NCBI GenBank assembly: GCA_963752285.1
Contig: CAVVXN010000003.1
Location: 320,001-384,000, forward strand
DNA length: 64,000 bases
Source of the DNA: an uncultured Planctomycetota bacterium
GTDB taxonomy: Bacteria; Planctomycetota; PLA2; JAEUHO01
Reading direction: 5' to 3'
Below the pieces are notes generated by a model. That model worked only from the letters and a program-made list of their open reading frames with translations, ran no database searches and had not been told where the DNA came from. This document shows positions 61,503 through 64,000 of this stretch, piece after piece (position 1 is the stretch's first letter; each line of letters begins with the position of its first letter). The translations under genes were made by a program, and so were the position numbers.

Positions 61503-61663
61503 GGCCCCCTTCTATCCCGGCGTCCCCGCGAGGGGAGACCCTCTGTCGCCCCGGCGGGACGCGACGCCCGGACCCGGTCCCAAGCGCCCCGGAATCTCGG
61601 GGCTGGCGCACGAGGGCCCCACTCTTGCAGGATGCTCGCCCCGAACCCGGCCGGAGACCCGTC

Positions 61664-63370
61664 ATGCGCCGCCTGCTCCTCCCGATCCCCTTCCTGTTCC
61701 TCACCGCCGTCCTCCTCGCCCCCCCGGCGCTCGCGGACGCGGTCCGTGTGCCGAACGTGACCGGTCGCGAGATGGCCGACGCCGCCGAGCGCCTGTCCAG
61801 CGCGGACCTGGGCGTCGAGATCACATGGGTGGACGACGCCGGCGTCGCTGGCCGGGTCCTGGACCAGGACCCCACCGGAGGCACCGTCGTCGAGCGGGGA
61901 AGCGTGGTCCGGATCGCGGTCTCGCGTCCCGCCGCCGCGGCGATGGCGGTCGTCCCCAACGTGGTCGGGCTCGCGGAGGCCGACGCGCGCGCGCGCCTCG
62001 GGGCGGGCTTCGACGTCGAGGCCACGGACGTGGCCGCCGCGCCCGGCCAGGACGGGCACGTCGTCCAGCAGGATCCCGCGGCGGGCGCGCGCGTCGCGCC
62101 CGACAGCATCGTGCGGCTCCAGATCGGTCGCGCCGTGGCGGCGGGCGAGCGTGTCGTCATGCCCTCCGTGGTCGGCCTCGACCAGGCGAGCGTCGAGCAG
62201 ACGCTCCTCGATCTCGGACTGATCCCGGTCGCGTCGTACGCACAGACGCGGCGCGACCCGGCGTTTCACGTGATCGCGCAGCGCCCCCGCCCCGGCGAGT
62301 CCGTCCGGCCGTTCACCCAGGTCCTCCTGACGATCGAGCTGCCGTCCCTCGCGCCCTCCCTCGTGCGCGTCCCGAGCCTCTACGGCCTCTCGGGCGATCA
62401 GGGCGCCGCCGCGCTCCGCGCGCTCGGGCTCACCGGCCAGGTCGAGGAGGTCCCCTCGCGGCTCCCGCCCGGGACCGTGTTCGCCCAGGGGCCCCTCGCG
62501 GGCGCGATGGTCCCCCACGGCGCGCTCGTGCGCGCCCGCGTGGCGCGCGACCCGCAGCCCGGCGAGGCCATCCCCCGGGTCGCGTTGGCGAACCTCACGT
62601 CTCTGCCGCTCCCGACGGCCTTCGCGCGGATCCGGGCGCTCGGCCTGACGGCGCAGGTCCGGTCCCGCCTGGCGCCCGACCAGCCCGTGGACGTCGTGCT
62701 GAACCAGCTCCCCCAGGCGGGCCACCTGACGGTTCTCGGCCAGACCGTGGCGCTCCTGGTCCCCGAGACGGCTCAGGTGCCCGCGCTCGAGGGCCAGACG
62801 ATCGCCGACGCCGAGCGTCTCCTCCAGACGGCGGGGCTTCGTCTCGCCGTCGGCGGGGTGGGGCGTGCCCTGTCCTCCGCCCGCGTCCGCTCGCAGGCCG
62901 TGCCCGCGGGCACCACCGTCGCCGCCCAGAGCTCGATCCGGGTGAGCGTGCTCGAGGCCGTGCCCGGCGGTCTGGCCCGCGTGCCCGTCCTGACCGGCCT
63001 CACGGTCCGCGACGCGCGGGACGCCCTCGAGCGGTCCGGTCTCAGCGGGAGCTTCGAGGGACCGCGCGCCGTCGGGTCCGTACCCACGCGTGTCGTGTCG
63101 CAGTCGCCGGCCGCCGGCACGACGCTGCGCCGCGGTTCGTACGTCCGGGTGATCTACGAGGTCGTCTCGATCGTTCCGTCCCTGGTCGTCGTGCCCGACC
63201 TCTCCGGGCTCGACGGGCTGCAGGCGTTCCGGCGCGTCACCTTGGCGGGGCTCGTCGCCCGCCCGAGCTACGTCTCGGGCGGCGGCCCCCGCGGCGTGAC
63301 GGGCCAGTACCCGGTTCCCGGGTCGCGCGTCGCGAGGGGCACGGAGGTGCGCTACACCGTCCGGCACTGA
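61664..63370 (+). CDS. Secreted protein composed of eight PASTA repeats
   Basis: Signal peptide; eight V.VP.V.G...A...L...GL...V..Q.P..G units. Confidence 0.88.
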   Translation: MRRLLLPIPFLFLTAVLLAPPALADAVRVPNVTGREMADAAERLSSADLGVEITWVDDAGVAGRVLDQDPTGGTVVERGSVVRIAVSRPAAAAMAVVPNVVGLAEADARARLGAGFDVEATDVAAAPGQDGHVVQQDPAAGARVAPDSIVRLQIGRAVAAGERVVMPSVVGLDQASVEQTLLDLGLIPVASYAQTRRDPAFHVIAQRPRPGESVRPFTQVLLTIELPSLAPSLVRVPSLYGLSGDQGAAALRALGLTGQVEEVPSRLPPGTVFAQGPLAGAMVPHGALVRARVARDPQPGEAIPRVALANLTSLPLPTAFARIRALGLTAQVRSRLAPDQPVDVVLNQLPQAGHLTVLGQTVALLVPETAQVPALEGQTIADAERLLQTAGLRLAVGGVGRALSSARVRSQAVPAGTTVAAQSSIRVSVLEAVPGGLARVPVLTGLTVRDARDALERSGLSGSFEGPRAVGSVPTRVVSQSPAAGTTLRRGSYVRVIYEVVSIVPSLVVVPDLSGLDGLQAFRRVTLAGLVARPSYVSGGGPRGVTGQYPVPGSRVARGTEVRYTVRH

Positions 63371-63553
63371 GCCGCGACCGGCCGCCCCGCCGAGCCTGGA
63401 TCGCGGGGCTCGGCGGCTTCGGCGCGGGGGCCCCAGGCGCCCTTCAAGTCCCGTGAACCGCGACCGTCCGGGCCGTGGCGGGTGGTCCCCCCTGCCGGTA
63501 GGGTACGCCGGCCCTGGCAGGAGGATGTTCTGCCGGGCCATGGGAGATTCCAG

Positions 63554-63994
63554 ATGGCCGATAGCACCCCGAACAAGGACGACTACGCGACCGTGATCGG
63601 GCCCGACGCCGAGTTCAAGGGCGAGCTCACGTTCCAGGGAGGCGTCCGGGTGGACGGGAAGTTCGAGGGCTCGATCAGCACGAGCGGCAAGGTGCTGGTG
63701 AGCAAGGGTGGCGAGCTCAAGGCGGAGGTCAAGTCGAACAGTCTCGTCCTCGAGGGGCGTCTGATCGGCAACTTGTCGGCCCAGGACCGCGTCGAGCTCC
63801 GCGCGACGGGCCAGATGCACGGTGACCTCAAGGCGGCGAAGCTGCTCGTCGTGGAGGGCGCGACGTTCGTCGGGCGCTGCGAGGTCGGCCCCGGCGTGAA
63901 GAGCGACGCCGCCACGAGCGGAAAGAACGGCAACGCCGAGGCCGCGCCGCAGATGCGGCCGCTCACGACGCCCGCCGCCGCCGCTCGGAAGTAG
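63554..63994 (+). CDS. Bactofilin (polymer-forming cytoskeletal protein)
   Basis: TVIGPDAEFKGEL.F.G.VRVDGKFEG.I...G.L.A..L.V.EGA.F.G.C beta-helix pattern; GGAG RBS. Confidence 0.93.
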   Translation: MADSTPNKDDYATVIGPDAEFKGELTFQGGVRVDGKFEGSISTSGKVLVSKGGELKAEVKSNSLVLEGRLIGNLSAQDRVELRATGQMHGDLKAAKLLVVEGATFVGRCEVGPGVKSDAATSGKNGNAEAAPQMRPLTTPAAAARK

Positions 63995-64000
63995 GCTTGG

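Overview
A very GC-rich, gene-dense stretch of bacterial chromosome. Gene content suggests an uncultured Planctomycetota/PVC-like diderm (ECF sigma factor with a long C-terminal extension, DUF1573, tandem TolC lipoproteins); this is an inference. About 50 real CDSs can be supported; most long ORFs in the track are GC-rich shadow frames. No tRNA, rRNA, CRISPR array, integrase or transposase was recognised. Main blocks, in order: a multi-PAS histidine kinase cut by the left edge; secreted hydrolase/peptidase genes; an aguB-aguA-PIG-L-ferritin run; a chromatin/DNA-precursor locus; IcmF; a ~14 kb copper/heavy-metal efflux operon; a zinc ribbon-LemA-HtpX operon; rpiA-arfB; an ECF sigma factor; MTAP; an M3-like peptidase; RluA; an 8-PASTA protein; and bactofilin. 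The most striking locus is 16.9-23.7 kb. It holds a Bd0055-type bacterial histone with a lysine-rich N-terminal tail (KAARK motif), divergent from a double-domain ThyX. Next come palindromic tandem repeats, a candidate anti-Shine-Dalgarno small RNA, and a B12-dependent ribonucleotide reductase preceded by two NrdR boxes. Other notable signals: a CusA with an inserted metal-binding module and extra membrane helices; a perfect 29-bp duplication whose contraction would fuse CopA to a triple-YHS protein; a 33-aa ORF behind an ECF-type promoter; and apparently widespread leaderless transcription. All calls come from reading motifs by eye, with no database searches.
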